In this document: piece by piece, positions 51,756 through 62,040 of the stretch
Position numbering within the stretch: position 1 is the stretch's first letter
Layout of the letters: the number at the start of each line of letters is the position of its first letter
Program-made: the position numbers and the translations under genes
The notes under the pieces: model-generated
Databases searched by the model: none
The model's input: the letters and a program-made list of their open reading frames with translations, nothing else
Told to the model about the DNA's origin: nothing
Origin: Alphaproteobacteria bacterium
Lineage (GTDB): Bacteria > Pseudomonadota > Alphaproteobacteria > UBA6615
Direction: 5' to 3'
Length of the DNA stretch: 64,000 nt
Assembly: GCA_002722515.1 (NCBI GenBank)
Contig: PBMH01000019.1
Coordinates: 25,523 to 89,522, forward strand

Positions 51756-52619
51756 ATGTCTATTTCCGTTCAACCGCGGCGTAGTTTCATTTTTTCGCCG
51801 GGCACCGATCCTTCTATGTTCACTAAAGCCCTCGCGTCGGGCGCCGACATCGTCTGCGTGGAGTTGGAAGACGGGGTTGCCCCCCATGACAAGGACGCAG
51901 CGCGAGCCAACATGCTCAAAATCTTTGCCGATGAAGAATCAACCACAACCGGCGACGGGGTCGAACGCATCGTTCGGGTAAATGAGCTAGGAAGCGCTTT
52001 CGGGCAGGCAGATATGGACGCCATTTACGAAGCTGCGTACCCGCCACCCGCTCTCATGCTGCCCAAAGTAAACAACCCTGAAGAGGTTCGCGGGGTCTCC
52101 GACAAGCTCGACAAACTAGGCCTCCCGGTCCGTCTGCAGATTATTATCGAGACCAATCATGGCCTAGAGGCGGCCTACGAGATTGCCCATGCAAGTAACC
52201 GCATAGATTCATTGCTGTTCGGCGGCGTTGACCTCGCAGCCGACCTGCGCTGCGAATACGCCTGGGAGCCGCTTCTCTATGCCCGGGCCCGCGTCGTCCA
52301 CGCCGCGGCGGCGGCCGGGATCGACGCGATCGACGTACCTTGGCTAGACCTAAGAGATTTCGACGGGCTGCGCCAGGAAGCCCAGGCGAGCGCGCGTCTC
52401 GGATTTACGGGTAAGGGGGCAATCCATCCCAACCAGATCGAGATAATCAACGAAATCTTCTCGCCGAGCCCCGAAGAGGCCTGCCACGCCCGAAAAATCA
52501 TAGCAGCCTTTGCAGAGGCTAACACGGGGCTCGTAGTGGTCGATGGCAAACTAATCGAGCGACCGGTTCTGCGAACCATGGAACGCATCGTCGCAATCGC
52601 GAACCGTACGACCAGCTGA
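51756..52619 (+). CDS. HpcH/HpaI aldolase / citrate lyase beta-subunit (CitE)-like lyase
   Basis: CitE-like TIM-barrel motifs (ADIVCVELEDGV, ...IETN...). ATG at 51756 preceded by GAGGGTG. Confidence 0.8.
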   Translation: MSISVQPRRSFIFSPGTDPSMFTKALASGADIVCVELEDGVAPHDKDAARANMLKIFADEESTTTGDGVERIVRVNELGSAFGQADMDAIYEAAYPPPALMLPKVNNPEEVRGVSDKLDKLGLPVRLQIIIETNHGLEAAYEIAHASNRIDSLLFGGVDLAADLRCEYAWEPLLYARARVVHAAAAAGIDAIDVPWLDLRDFDGLRQEAQASARLGFTGKGAIHPNQIEIINEIFSPSPEEACHARKIIAAFAEANTGLVVVDGKLIERPVLRTMERIVAIANRTTS

Positions 52620-52631
52620 AAGTGTTGACGG

Positions 52632-54043
52632 TCAACCTGCGAGCGGCGGCGGCCCCAATCGATCTCGCGCGCTTCCAAGAACCTTTTCAAACGATCGTGC
52701 GATGGCCACGGCACGATTGTCCTGCCCTCCGGCGCACATTATCTGCAATCCGACCGGCATCCCTGCTCCATCGAGCGCCACCGGAATCGTAACACCGTTC
52801 ATCGCTAACAGATTCGCAACAGTGGTGTTGCGGGCCGCCATGAGGTTTGCCGCCATGTAGGCCTTGGGCTCTTGAATATCGGTAATCTTTGGTGGCGTGA
52901 TAGGAACCGTAGGACCAACAACGGCATGTACGTCGGCGATCGCGCGATGAGCAGCACGTGACAATTCGCCCAAACGCCGCATTCGCCCCAGATAGTCGCT
53001 TGTAGTCATTGCAGCCATTTTTTCGAAGCGCGATCCCACCATCGGATCGATGTCATCCAGGAAATCCGGCAGAACGTCGCGTATAAAGCCGGCAAACTCG
53101 AACGCCGACAGACCGCCCGTACGGAAAATTCCATCCACCTCGTCAAGGTCCGGAATTTCGATCGACGTCAAACGCATCCCGGCGGCCTCGAGCTCGACCA
53201 AGGCCGCGCGAACTCCCTCCGCGATACCCGGATCGCAAGAATCAAAAAATGCCTCGCAAACGCCAATTCGAAAATCGCTGACCGACGCGCATTCAACGTC
53301 GGCCAAAAAGCCATTGATGTCCGTGCTTACAGCGGGGTCGATTACCGCAAAGCCGAGCGCGGCATCAGCAACTGATTGTGCCAGCACCCCGGGAGTATCG
53401 AGCGTCGGGCTTAGTGGCGCGATCCCCTCGATTGACCATCGGCCCTGCGTTGTTTTGATTCCTACGGTGCCGGTCATGCTCGCCGGCATACGGACCGACC
53501 CTGCCGTGTCTGTGCCAAGTGCGAGTAGCGCGGAGCCCTCCCACAGGCTCACGCCCGCGCCCGCGCTCGAACCGCCGGGAGCCCGATGATCATTAGCATC
53601 CCATGGGTTGCGCGGCGTTCCCCAATGGGGATTCGTCCCAAGTGCACCGAAAGCGAACTGAACCGTATGCGTCTTACCCGAGAACATCGCAAGCTGGTGA
53701 CGCAGCGCGCGCACCACTGGTCCTTCATGACGCCACTCTGGCGGCAGCTCGCGGGGCGACCCGGCGAAGGTAGGATAATCGCGAACGCCATAGAGGTCCT
53801 TCACCGAGATTGGAATGCCCTGTAGAGGTCCCAAGTCGATCCCTGCGGCGAGGGCGCGGTCAGCCACCTCAGCCTCGGCGCGCAGTCGTTCGGGCTCCCA
53901 TGTCTTGTAGGCCCCAAGCAGATGGTCACGGTCCTCATGTCTAGCGATGGCCTGTTCGGCCAGGTCGGCTGCCGAGATATCACCGTCACGCATGGCACGA
54001 GCATGCTCACCCACGCCCATAATTTCATAGACATTAGTCATTT
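52632..54043 (-). CDS. amidase signature family protein
   Basis: AS signature GGSSAGAGVSLWEGSALLALGTDTAGSVRMPA; AAGGAG RBS 7 nt before the ATG at 54043. Confidence 0.85.
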
Positions 54044-54238
54044 GAATCTCCTTGCACTGAAAAACCGGACACCAGTGCGCACCGGCAATCCAGTATGGCA
54101 TCTACAACATTGTCAACATCACAACCTGCAACCCACCATTTCCAAAAAACTTTAATTCTTGCCAAGCCCTCGCCGAGCCCACTGTCTTTTGTCTATGCTA
54201 TGCACAAGAAGAATGCGATTCACTCTTTGAGAGATACC

Positions 54239-55306
54239 ATGCCGGTCGATGCCTGCGACATGCAGCGATTCACTCGCGACCAGATTGAAGCCTTCATGGC
54301 GCGGTGCTTTACTGCAACCGGAATACCCTGCGCCGACGCAGCGACCGTTGCACGCCTGATGGCTGAGGGCGACATGCTGGGAAAAGATTCCCATGGCATT
54401 TTCCGCCTCCCAGGCTATATCGGTCGCCTAAAGGCACGCGGCTTTAATCCCATTCCCGACATCAAAATTGTGGAAGATCGCACAGCGATGGCGCTACTCG
54501 ACGGAGACAATGGGATGGGTCATCTGATCGTAAACAGGGCTGCGGAGATCGCGATCGAGAAAGCCAAGAAGACCGGCGTCGCTTGGGTTGGCATACGACA
54601 TTCGAACCACGCGGGGGCCGCCGGCGTCTACTCTAACATGGCGCTCAAACACGATATGATAGGTCTTTATGTTGCCGTGGGTAGCGCCAATCATCTGCCG
54701 CCTTGGGGTGGCACTGAGCCGCTGCTCTCAACTAATCCAATCGCCGTTTCGGTGCCAGCAGACAAAGAGAATTCAATCATCCTCGACATGGCAACCACCG
54801 TTACCTCTTACGGTAAGGTCAAGGTATATGCGCAGCGAGGCCTTGAGATGCCAGAGGGCTGGATGGTCGGACCTGACGGCAAAGCTCTGACGGATGCAAG
54901 CAAGGCCGATACCGGCCATCTTCTGCCCATCGGCGGACCAAAGGGATATGGACTTGCACTCATATTCGGCATCCTCGCGGGCACCCTCAACGGTGCCCAT
55001 TTCGGCAAGGATGTCATCGACATGAACGCCGATTCATCATCGAACACAAACACGGGACAGTTTTACCTAGCAGTCGACATCGCAGCTTTCATGGGTGTGG
55101 ACGTCTTCAAAAAGCAGGTCGACGCAGTCATCGCTGAGATGCAAAGTTCACCGACGATGCCAGGCATCGACGGGGTGCGCATGCCCGGCGCAGGCGCTCA
55201 TGCGGCCTACGCAGACCGTTCCGCTAACGGCATCCCGTTGCCCAACCCGCTGCTCGAGAATCTCGCCAGCGTAGCAGACGATCTCTCGGTCGACCGGCTC
55301 GGCTAG
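54239..55306 (+). CDS. Ldh_2 family (malate/L-lactate dehydrogenase-2, Pyr2C/Pip2C-reductase-like) oxidoreductase
   Basis: Ldh_2 family pattern (HGIFRLPGY..., NHAGAAGVY). Start placed at MPVDACDM; earlier in-frame ATGs lack an RBS. Confidence 0.75.
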   Translation: MPVDACDMQRFTRDQIEAFMARCFTATGIPCADAATVARLMAEGDMLGKDSHGIFRLPGYIGRLKARGFNPIPDIKIVEDRTAMALLDGDNGMGHLIVNRAAEIAIEKAKKTGVAWVGIRHSNHAGAAGVYSNMALKHDMIGLYVAVGSANHLPPWGGTEPLLSTNPIAVSVPADKENSIILDMATTVTSYGKVKVYAQRGLEMPEGWMVGPDGKALTDASKADTGHLLPIGGPKGYGLALIFGILAGTLNGAHFGKDVIDMNADSSSNTNTGQFYLAVDIAAFMGVDVFKKQVDAVIAEMQSSPTMPGIDGVRMPGAGAHAAYADRSANGIPLPNPLLENLASVADDLSVDRLG

Positions 55307-55348
55307 CCGCAGCTAGCCAGCACGTCCGGGCGCTGAACCAGAAGTAAT

Positions 55349-56242
55349 ATGACAATTCAGACCCCACCTCCACCGAAGCCTCCTGCGTCACTTCTGGTGG
55401 CGGTTGGATGGATGACGGGAACTTTACTGTCATTCACCTTCATGGCTATCGCCGTGCGCGAACTGTCGGGCGAAATCCATAGTTTCCAGACAATGCTGTT
55501 TCGCAGCATAGGCGCGCTTATGATTCTCTTGCCATTCGTCCTGATCATGGGACGGGAGGTCTGGCACACTAGAAACCTGAAACTCCAGTTCGGCCGAAAT
55601 ACGGTTCACTTCGCAGCCCAACTCGGCTGGATCACTGGGATCGGGTTACTCCCGCTGGCCGAAGTTTTCGCAATCGAATTCACCGCGCCAATCTGGGCAA
55701 CAATCATGGCAATTCTATTTCTGGGAGAGCGGCTCAACCGCGGCCGCGTGGTCGCCGTCCTATTCGGCTTTTTAGGCATTCTGGTCATCCTACGGCCCGG
55801 GCTCGCGGTCATCGACCATGGTGCTTTTGCCGTGCTCGCGGCGGCCGTCGGTTTCGCTATGACGCTGACAATCACCAAATATATGACCCGCAACGATGCC
55901 CCAATCACCATCCTACTCTACATGACTGTAATCCAACTGCCGATGGGAATCGGGCTATCGGTATTTGTCTGGGTCACGCCCGACTGGCTGCAACTATTCT
56001 GGCTGTTTGTGGTCGGCGCGACGGGATTGTCCGCGCATTACTGCACTGCCAACGCCCTGTTGGTCGCCGACCAAACGATCGTTGTACCTATTGACTTCAT
56101 GCGGCTGCCGTTAATCGTCGCCGTAGGTTTCTTGCTCTATAGCGAGGCAGTTCAACTACCGGTGCTCATTGGCGCGGTGATGATATTCGTAGGCAATTAC
56201 TATTCGATTCGCCTTGAGCAACGTCGGCGCAAAACCACCTGA
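55349..56242 (+). CDS. DMT superfamily (EamA-like) transporter
   Basis: Ten hydrophobic helices in two EamA repeats. Confidence 0.8.
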   Translation: MTIQTPPPPKPPASLLVAVGWMTGTLLSFTFMAIAVRELSGEIHSFQTMLFRSIGALMILLPFVLIMGREVWHTRNLKLQFGRNTVHFAAQLGWITGIGLLPLAEVFAIEFTAPIWATIMAILFLGERLNRGRVVAVLFGFLGILVILRPGLAVIDHGAFAVLAAAVGFAMTLTITKYMTRNDAPITILLYMTVIQLPMGIGLSVFVWVTPDWLQLFWLFVVGATGLSAHYCTANALLVADQTIVVPIDFMRLPLIVAVGFLLYSEAVQLPVLIGAVMIFVGNYYSIRLEQRRRKTT

Positions 56243-56424
56243 CCAATCACGACCAAACAAGAATCCCAACAAAACGTGCAAATGGGGCATTTGGAATTCC
56301 CCCACGGGGTGTCCCCATCATTATCCCACAGCTAAACGCGGGCATTGACCCTCTCATATCCGCAAACGAAAAGGGCGGCCCCGCGCAGTCACCCCGTTCG
56401 AAGAATTGATTAACATTTCGACTG

Positions 56425-57003
56425 TCAAGCAACGTCAGTCCCGGCAGTGAAACGCATGCCACGCTCCTCGAACAACTCAACCACACCGTCGCCGTAGGCC
56501 GAGAGCTTTTCCGCGACCGCAGGGGTGAAGGCGATATCGGTCATATCGTGCACGCCGCCGCTGATCACCACCTGGAGCACACCTTCACACTCGCCAATAT
56601 TACGAAATGCGCGACAAACGCCAGGGGGCACCGAGATGGTATCAAACTCACCGAGCTCGATTCTCTCGCCACCATCATCATTCCAGGTAACCTCGAACCG
56701 ACCGCGCAACACTGTAAAAGTCTCATAGGTCTGCTGATGGTTATGCAGCTCCGGCCCTGTACCCGGCGGGCACACGGCATGGGTCATCGTAATTCCGCCC
56801 GCACCTTGGATAGGCGCTCCCTGATTAACCGGCGTCTCCTCCGCACTACCGAGGCCAATCACCGAGAGAAGCTCACGAGCGTAGATAACGTCTTTAGCCT
56901 CCTGCGGTATATCGAGGCTTTCAGCCGCATGCAGAGGTTTCAGTTCCTTGAATCGAGATACCCGGCTTTGCATCTCGTCGGGAAATATGGAGATTGTCTT
57001 CAT
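56425..57003 (-). CDS. cupin domain protein
   Basis: Cupin motifs with His ligands (...PELHNHQQ...). Confidence 0.7.
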   Translation of the reverse strand: MKTISIFPDEMQSRVSRFKELKPLHAAESLDIPQEAKDVIYARELLSVIGLGSAEETPVNQGAPIQGAGGITMTHAVCPPGTGPELHNHQQTYETFTVLRGRFEVTWNDDGGERIELGEFDTISVPPGVCRAFRNIGECEGVLQVVISGGVHDMTDIAFTPAVAEKLSAYGDGVVELFEERGMRFTAGTDVA

Positions 57004-57201
57004 GGCGACCTTCTGATCATCTGTTGTTCAGTCCATCAATTATGCCATGCCATTCCCCGGGGTCGCGACCCTATTCATACGAGCACTTCAGCTCCGGTTG
57101 GGCCGTCACTGCTGCCGGAGATCACGGTTGGGGGGGTCATCGCCATATACCGCCGCACGTCTCAGCCGACGAGATCTTCGAATTTAAGGAGGATGGGCGC
57201 G

Positions 57202-57275
57202 TGGAGCGGGTGAAGGGAATCGAACCCTCGTATGCAGCTTGGGAAGCTGCCGTTCTACCATTGAACTACACCCGC
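57202..57275 (-). tRNA. tRNA-Gly (anticodon CCC)
   Basis: The reverse complement folds as a cloverleaf: 7-bp acceptor GCGGGTG/CACCCGC, anticodon loop TTCCCAA, T-loop TTCGATT, discriminator U + CCA. Confidence 0.85.
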
Positions 57276-57455
57276 ATCCGGGATGCTGATCCTATAATCA
57301 ACGGGCAATCACCGCGCAACCGCGATCCTCAGGCGGTAGCGAAAACTTTGCAGCCTGACAGGGTGGACTTTTGCCCCATCATGTAGCCAAATCCCCCGGA
57401 AATTTACCCTCAAACCAACAACAGTGCGATGCACAGTCGATTCGGACACGAGCAG

Positions 57456-57860
57456 ATGTACGACCAGATGTACAATCAGACAACCAAGGATATTTCGGTC
57501 ACAGTCACCCCGATTTTTCTAGAGGACCAGTCCGAGCCCGACGAGGACCATTTTGTCTGGGCTTATCAAGTGCGAATCGAGAACTGCGGCCCTTACACCG
57601 TACAACTGCGTTCACGTTACTGGCACATTACGGATACTAATGGTCTGGTGCAGGAGGTTCGCGGCTCGGGTGTGGTTGGTGAACAACCGGTCCTTGAGCC
57701 GGGCGAGACCTTCGAATACACAAGCGGCACGCCGCTGGCGACACCATCCGGAATCATGGTTGGGTCGTACCAGATGCAGACCGACGACGGTGATCTAATT
57801 GAGGTCAACATTCCGGCTTTCTCGCTCGACAGCCCGCACGAAGTGGTGCGCCCAAACTGA
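57456..57860 (+). CDS. apaG: ApaG (DUF525) protein
   Basis: ApaG-family pattern; conserved core begins near [14 protein letters not shown]. Start is either 57456 or 57468. Confidence 0.85.
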   Translation: MYDQMYNQTTKDISVTVTPIFLEDQSEPDEDHFVWAYQVRIENCGPYTVQLRSRYWHITDTNGLVQEVRGSGVVGEQPVLEPGETFEYTSGTPLATPSGIMVGSYQMQTDDGDLIEVNIPAFSLDSPHEVVRPN

Positions 57861-58023
57861 TCCAAGATAGTATTGGGCCCGTAGAATCAACCGTAGGGAA
57901 ATGACAGCGACCAAAGCAACGTCGTTATCTCAGCCTTAATCTATAGACATCCCACATTTTCCCATGGTCCCAAACTGATCTCTGACTCCACCGCCCGCAC
58001 CGCTATAATATACGGATAGAACC

Positions 58024-58641
58024 ATGCCAAACGACAAGCCACTTAAACCGACGTCTTCACCCGGTCGCTCGGATGCCGAGGACGCCGTGCGGACTCTTAT
58101 ACGCTGGGCCGGCGACGATCCAACTCGCGAGGGGTTGCTCGACACACCGGCCCGTGTGGTGCGTGCGTTCGAAGAATTCTGCGCCGGCTACAAAGTAGAC
58201 CCGCTGGAATATCTCGAGCGCACTTTCGCTGAGGTCGACGGGTATGACGAGATGGTAGTGCTGCGTGACATCCGCCTCGAAACCCATTGCGAACATCACA
58301 TGGTGCCAATTATTGGTAAGGTCCATATTGGTTATCTGCCTGATCGTCGGGTCGTCGGCATCAGCAAGCTGGCGCGCGTCGCCGAGGCCTATTCCAAGCG
58401 CCTGCAGATTCAAGAAACGTTGACCGCGCAGATCGCTAACTGCATTGATAATGTCCTCCGTCCCAAGGGAGTCGCGGTCGTTATCGAGGCGCAGCACCAG
58501 TGTATGACGACCCGTGGCGTCCACAAGCCAGGAGTAGTGATGACCACCAGCCGCATGCTTGGCGCGTTTCGGAAATCCTCCGATACCCGGCGTGAGTTCC
58601 TGTCTTTTATTGGCAATGCGTCGGCGGGCTCATCCGTCTGA
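58024..58641 (+). CDS. folE: GTP cyclohydrolase I
   Basis: FolE motifs CEHHMVP and zinc-ligand region. Confidence 0.9.
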   Translation: MPNDKPLKPTSSPGRSDAEDAVRTLIRWAGDDPTREGLLDTPARVVRAFEEFCAGYKVDPLEYLERTFAEVDGYDEMVVLRDIRLETHCEHHMVPIIGKVHIGYLPDRRVVGISKLARVAEAYSKRLQIQETLTAQIANCIDNVLRPKGVAVVIEAQHQCMTTRGVHKPGVVMTTSRMLGAFRKSSDTRREFLSFIGNASAGSSV

Positions 58642-58747
58642 TCCAATTCCGGTACTAGACAGGGTGCCAATTTTCACCAATCATTGAGGTCGCAGTGCCT
58701 GATGAAGGTCACACTCGTGACCAAAACCCAGGCCACGGGAGATCCAA

Positions 58748-60196
58748 TTGCTAGATTTCCGACCCATTCTGTTCATCCTGGGGATCCTGCTTACTACATT
58801 ATCCATCGCCATGTTCCTGCCGGCGTTGGTCGATGCGGCAAGCGGGAATGCTGACTGGCAGGTCTTCCTCGCCTCGGCCGGTCTTACATTGTTCATCGGC
58901 GTATCACTGATCCTGACCATGCGCGGCGGCGACATAAAAATTGGGATCCGCGAGGCGTTCGTACTGACGACCGCCAGCTGGCTCGGCCTGACGGTCTTTG
59001 CGTCCCTACCATTCGTCTTCGCCGGATTGAATCTCAGCTTCGCCGATGCCTTCTTTGAGGCAATGTCCGGCATAACCACCACAGGATCGACGGTTATCAT
59101 CGGGCTCGATGCAGCGCCGCCAGGTATCCTGCTCTGGCGCGCTTTGCTCCAATGGCTCGGTGGAATCGGTATCATCGTCATGGCCATCGCTGTTCTGCCG
59201 ATGCTGCAGGTTGGCGGCATGCAGATTTTCCGGCTAGAGAACTCCGATACATCCGAGAAAGTCCTTCCACGCGCTGCGCAGACCTCAACTGCCATCGTTT
59301 CTATTTATCTGGGACTGACCCTCATCTGCGCGCTCGGATACTGGCTGGCTGGCATGCCCGGCTTCGACGCCATCGCACACGCAATGACCACAATCGCAAC
59401 AGGGGGGTTCTCCACATCCGACAACAGCCTCGGCGTCTTTGACAATACCGGCATCGACATCATCGCAATCGTCTTCATGATTGTCGGATCGCTGCCATTC
59501 GTTTTGTATCTTCAGGCAGCACGCGGTCGGCCAGGCGGGCTTTTGCACGATTCCCAGGTGCGATGGTTTCTAGCGATCGTTGTCGCCATCATGGCGATCA
59601 TCAGTGCGAGCCTCTATATGACCCAGGAGATACAGCTAGGTACGGCGATTCGGTCCGCCGCCTTCAACGGTGTCTCAATAGTTACAGGGACCGGCTATAC
59701 GACCGCCGCGTTTGATAATTGGGGCAGTTTTGCCCTGATAATTTTCTTCGTCATCATGTTCATCGGCGGCTGCGCAGGCTCGACCACATGCGGAATCAAA
59801 ATCTTCCGTTTCCAGGTCCTGTATGCGATCTCGACAATCCAGGTCAAACGCCTGCTCCAACCCCATGGCGTCTTCATCCCGCACTACAATCGAAACCCAA
59901 TCACACAAGAGATCGCCCTGTCGGTTCTTGGATTCGTGTTTTTCTACATTCTCGTTTTCATTCTACTCGCACTCGGCCTAAGTATGCTCGGATTGGACTT
60001 TTTGACCAGCTTGTCGGGCGCCGCAACTGCGATCTCCAACGTGGGGCCAGGGCTCGGCCCGGTGATCGGCCCCATGGGAACGTTCGCGGATCTACCTGAC
60101 GCGGCTAAGTGGATGCTGTCGGTCGGCATGCTGCTCGGGCGGCTCGAATTGTTTACGGTTCTGGTGATCCTCACACCCGCCTTCTGGAGAAGCTGA
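58748..60196 (+). CDS. trkH: TrkH-family potassium uptake protein
   Basis: 482-aa polytopic membrane protein with repeated pore-loop GxG-like segments (TTGST, TGGFS, TGTGY). Confidence 0.9.
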   Translation: MLDFRPILFILGILLTTLSIAMFLPALVDAASGNADWQVFLASAGLTLFIGVSLILTMRGGDIKIGIREAFVLTTASWLGLTVFASLPFVFAGLNLSFADAFFEAMSGITTTGSTVIIGLDAAPPGILLWRALLQWLGGIGIIVMAIAVLPMLQVGGMQIFRLENSDTSEKVLPRAAQTSTAIVSIYLGLTLICALGYWLAGMPGFDAIAHAMTTIATGGFSTSDNSLGVFDNTGIDIIAIVFMIVGSLPFVLYLQAARGRPGGLLHDSQVRWFLAIVVAIMAIISASLYMTQEIQLGTAIRSAAFNGVSIVTGTGYTTAAFDNWGSFALIIFFVIMFIGGCAGSTTCGIKIFRFQVLYAISTIQVKRLLQPHGVFIPHYNRNPITQEIALSVLGFVFFYILVFILLALGLSMLGLDFLTSLSGAATAISNVGPGLGPVIGPMGTFADLPDAAKWMLSVGMLLGRLELFTVLVILTPAFWRS

Positions 60197-60198
60197 GG

Positions 60199-61389
60199 AT
60201 GTCCGACACGCCGCGTCGCGCGATCGAGCTTCTGGCCCGGCTGGTCGGATTCGACACAACCTCGCATCGCTCCAACCTCGACATGATTGAATTTATCGAG
60301 AGGTATCTCGCCCATTACAAGATAGTGCCACGGCGAATCGAAAGCGACGACGGGGCAAAATCAAACCTGCTCGCCACCATCGGACCCGAAATGCCCGGTG
60401 GTGTTGTCTTGTCTGGTCACACCGACGTGGTGCCAGTAACCGGCCAGGACTGGTCGAGCGAACCGTTTGAACTCACCGCCCGTACCGTGAACGGCGAGGC
60501 CCGACAATATGGCCGCGGTTCAGCCGACATGAAAGGGTTCATCGCCGCCGTACTAGACAAGGTGCCCGCGCTAGCCGCCGCGGACCTTCAAACCCCCGTG
60601 CATATAGCGCTTTCCTATGACGAGGAGGTAGGCTGCCGCGGCGTCGGACGGATGATCGCGAAGCTGGGAGCGGAGGTTCCGATGCCGGCTCTGGCCATCG
60701 TCGGCGAGCCAACCAACATGCAGATCGTGACGGCGCATAAGGGCATTCGCGGTTTCAAGACGATCTTTACCGGCGTCGCGGTGCATTCCAGTGCGCCGCA
60801 TCTGGGCGCGAGCGCGATCGGCTTTGCCGGCGAGTTCATCACGTTCCTCACCAACCTCGCGGCCGAGAATGCTGCGGCGCCCGATCCAACCAGCGGATTC
60901 ACACCGCCCTGGACGACCTTCAACATCGGACATATCAAGGGTGGCGAGGCCCTAAACATCGTGCCCGAACGCTGCGTTATATCCTGGGAGTTTCGGCCGC
61001 TCCCCGGCGTGGATGCCGATGCTATCGAGGCGCGGGTCCGAGCCTATCTGGATGACGAGCTGCGGCCGCGTATGAAGTTGGCCCATCCGGCAGCCGATGT
61101 CATCCTGACGCCGCTTGCCGCAGTGCCACCGCTTAGCGTAGACCCGGATTCACCTGCGGAACGGCTGGCGCGTTACCTCACCGGTGCAAATATGACTCAG
61201 ACCGTCGCCTACGTCGCTGAGGCCAGCCAGTTTCAGCTGCATGGCATTCCGGCCGTGCTGTGCGGACCCGGCAATATCGCGCAAGCGCATCAGCCCGATG
61301 AATGGATCGCGGACAGCGAGATGTCCGCCTGCGCCGTATTCCTCGACCGACTGCGGGCTTGGTGCGTCTCCGGTTCACCGGTCCCCTAG
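60199..61389 (+). CDS. argE: acetylornithine deacetylase (M20 family)
   Basis: M20 motifs LSGHTDVVP and ...SYDEE...; ATG lies 2 nt after the trkH stop. Confidence 0.8.
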   Translation: MSDTPRRAIELLARLVGFDTTSHRSNLDMIEFIERYLAHYKIVPRRIESDDGAKSNLLATIGPEMPGGVVLSGHTDVVPVTGQDWSSEPFELTARTVNGEARQYGRGSADMKGFIAAVLDKVPALAAADLQTPVHIALSYDEEVGCRGVGRMIAKLGAEVPMPALAIVGEPTNMQIVTAHKGIRGFKTIFTGVAVHSSAPHLGASAIGFAGEFITFLTNLAAENAAAPDPTSGFTPPWTTFNIGHIKGGEALNIVPERCVISWEFRPLPGVDADAIEARVRAYLDDELRPRMKLAHPAADVILTPLAAVPPLSVDPDSPAERLARYLTGANMTQTVAYVAEASQFQLHGIPAVLCGPGNIAQAHQPDEWIADSEMSACAVFLDRLRAWCVSGSPVP

Positions 61390-61396
61390 GCCGAGC

Positions 61397-61996
61397 CTAA
61401 GAGCGTGACACAAGGAACGGCTGCAGGAACTCGAGGATCGCGGATTCGAGTTCGCCGTTGATGTCTCCGACAAGCTCCTCGATCATCCGGAACCAGATCT
61501 CCTCACGTTCGTTGAGAGACAGGCCCTCGAGCACCGTGCGACTGCGCATCGCGTCGGCGCTCACCTCGCCCCGCCTGCGGCCGTCTCCGGCGTCGATCGA
61601 CATATGTACCCTCAGGCTGGCGTCGTAGCGCTCGGACCGGTCCTTCGTGACAACCCCGCGCACGCCCTTCGTGCGTTCCAGCGGAATCTCAATGACCCCT
61701 GCATCCGAGATTGTAAACACGATCCGCCCAGCATTGCCGACAGGCAACAGGCGGTCCTGCGCCCAGCGCCGAACCGCTGCTGCAGGCGAGACCGGCAGCA
61801 GATGCTCAATATGACGCGCAGCGAAGCTGGGCTTAAATGCGTCCACAACCGCGAGCGAGGCGGCATCGAGCCGCAGGGGCGGCAGATGTGTGAAGGTGAT
61901 ATCCGGAAACTTGGGTGTCGGCGACGGCGAAGTGCAGGCAGCCAAGGCTAGTCCGGACATAGTCGCCAGCGCAGCACGTCGATTGATGCGATGCAT
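61397..61996 (-). CDS. hypothetical lipoprotein
   Basis: Lipobox LAAC after a signal sequence; no recognisable domain. Confidence 0.5.
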   Translation of the reverse strand: MHRINRRAALATMSGLALAACTSPSPTPKFPDITFTHLPPLRLDAASLAVVDAFKPSFAARHIEHLLPVSPAAAVRRWAQDRLLPVGNAGRIVFTISDAGVIEIPLERTKGVRGVVTKDRSERYDASLRVHMSIDAGDGRRRGEVSADAMRSRTVLEGLSLNEREEIWFRMIEELVGDINGELESAILEFLQPFLVSRS

Positions 61997-62040
61997 GATT
62001 TAGCCCCCATCTTGTCCCAGAAAGTGTGATCCCTACTAGA

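Noticed and set aside
56548-57213. 221-aa ORF on the plus strand
   Set aside because: It lies fully antisense to the cupin gene and reaches into the tRNA-Gly gene, and has no domain features.
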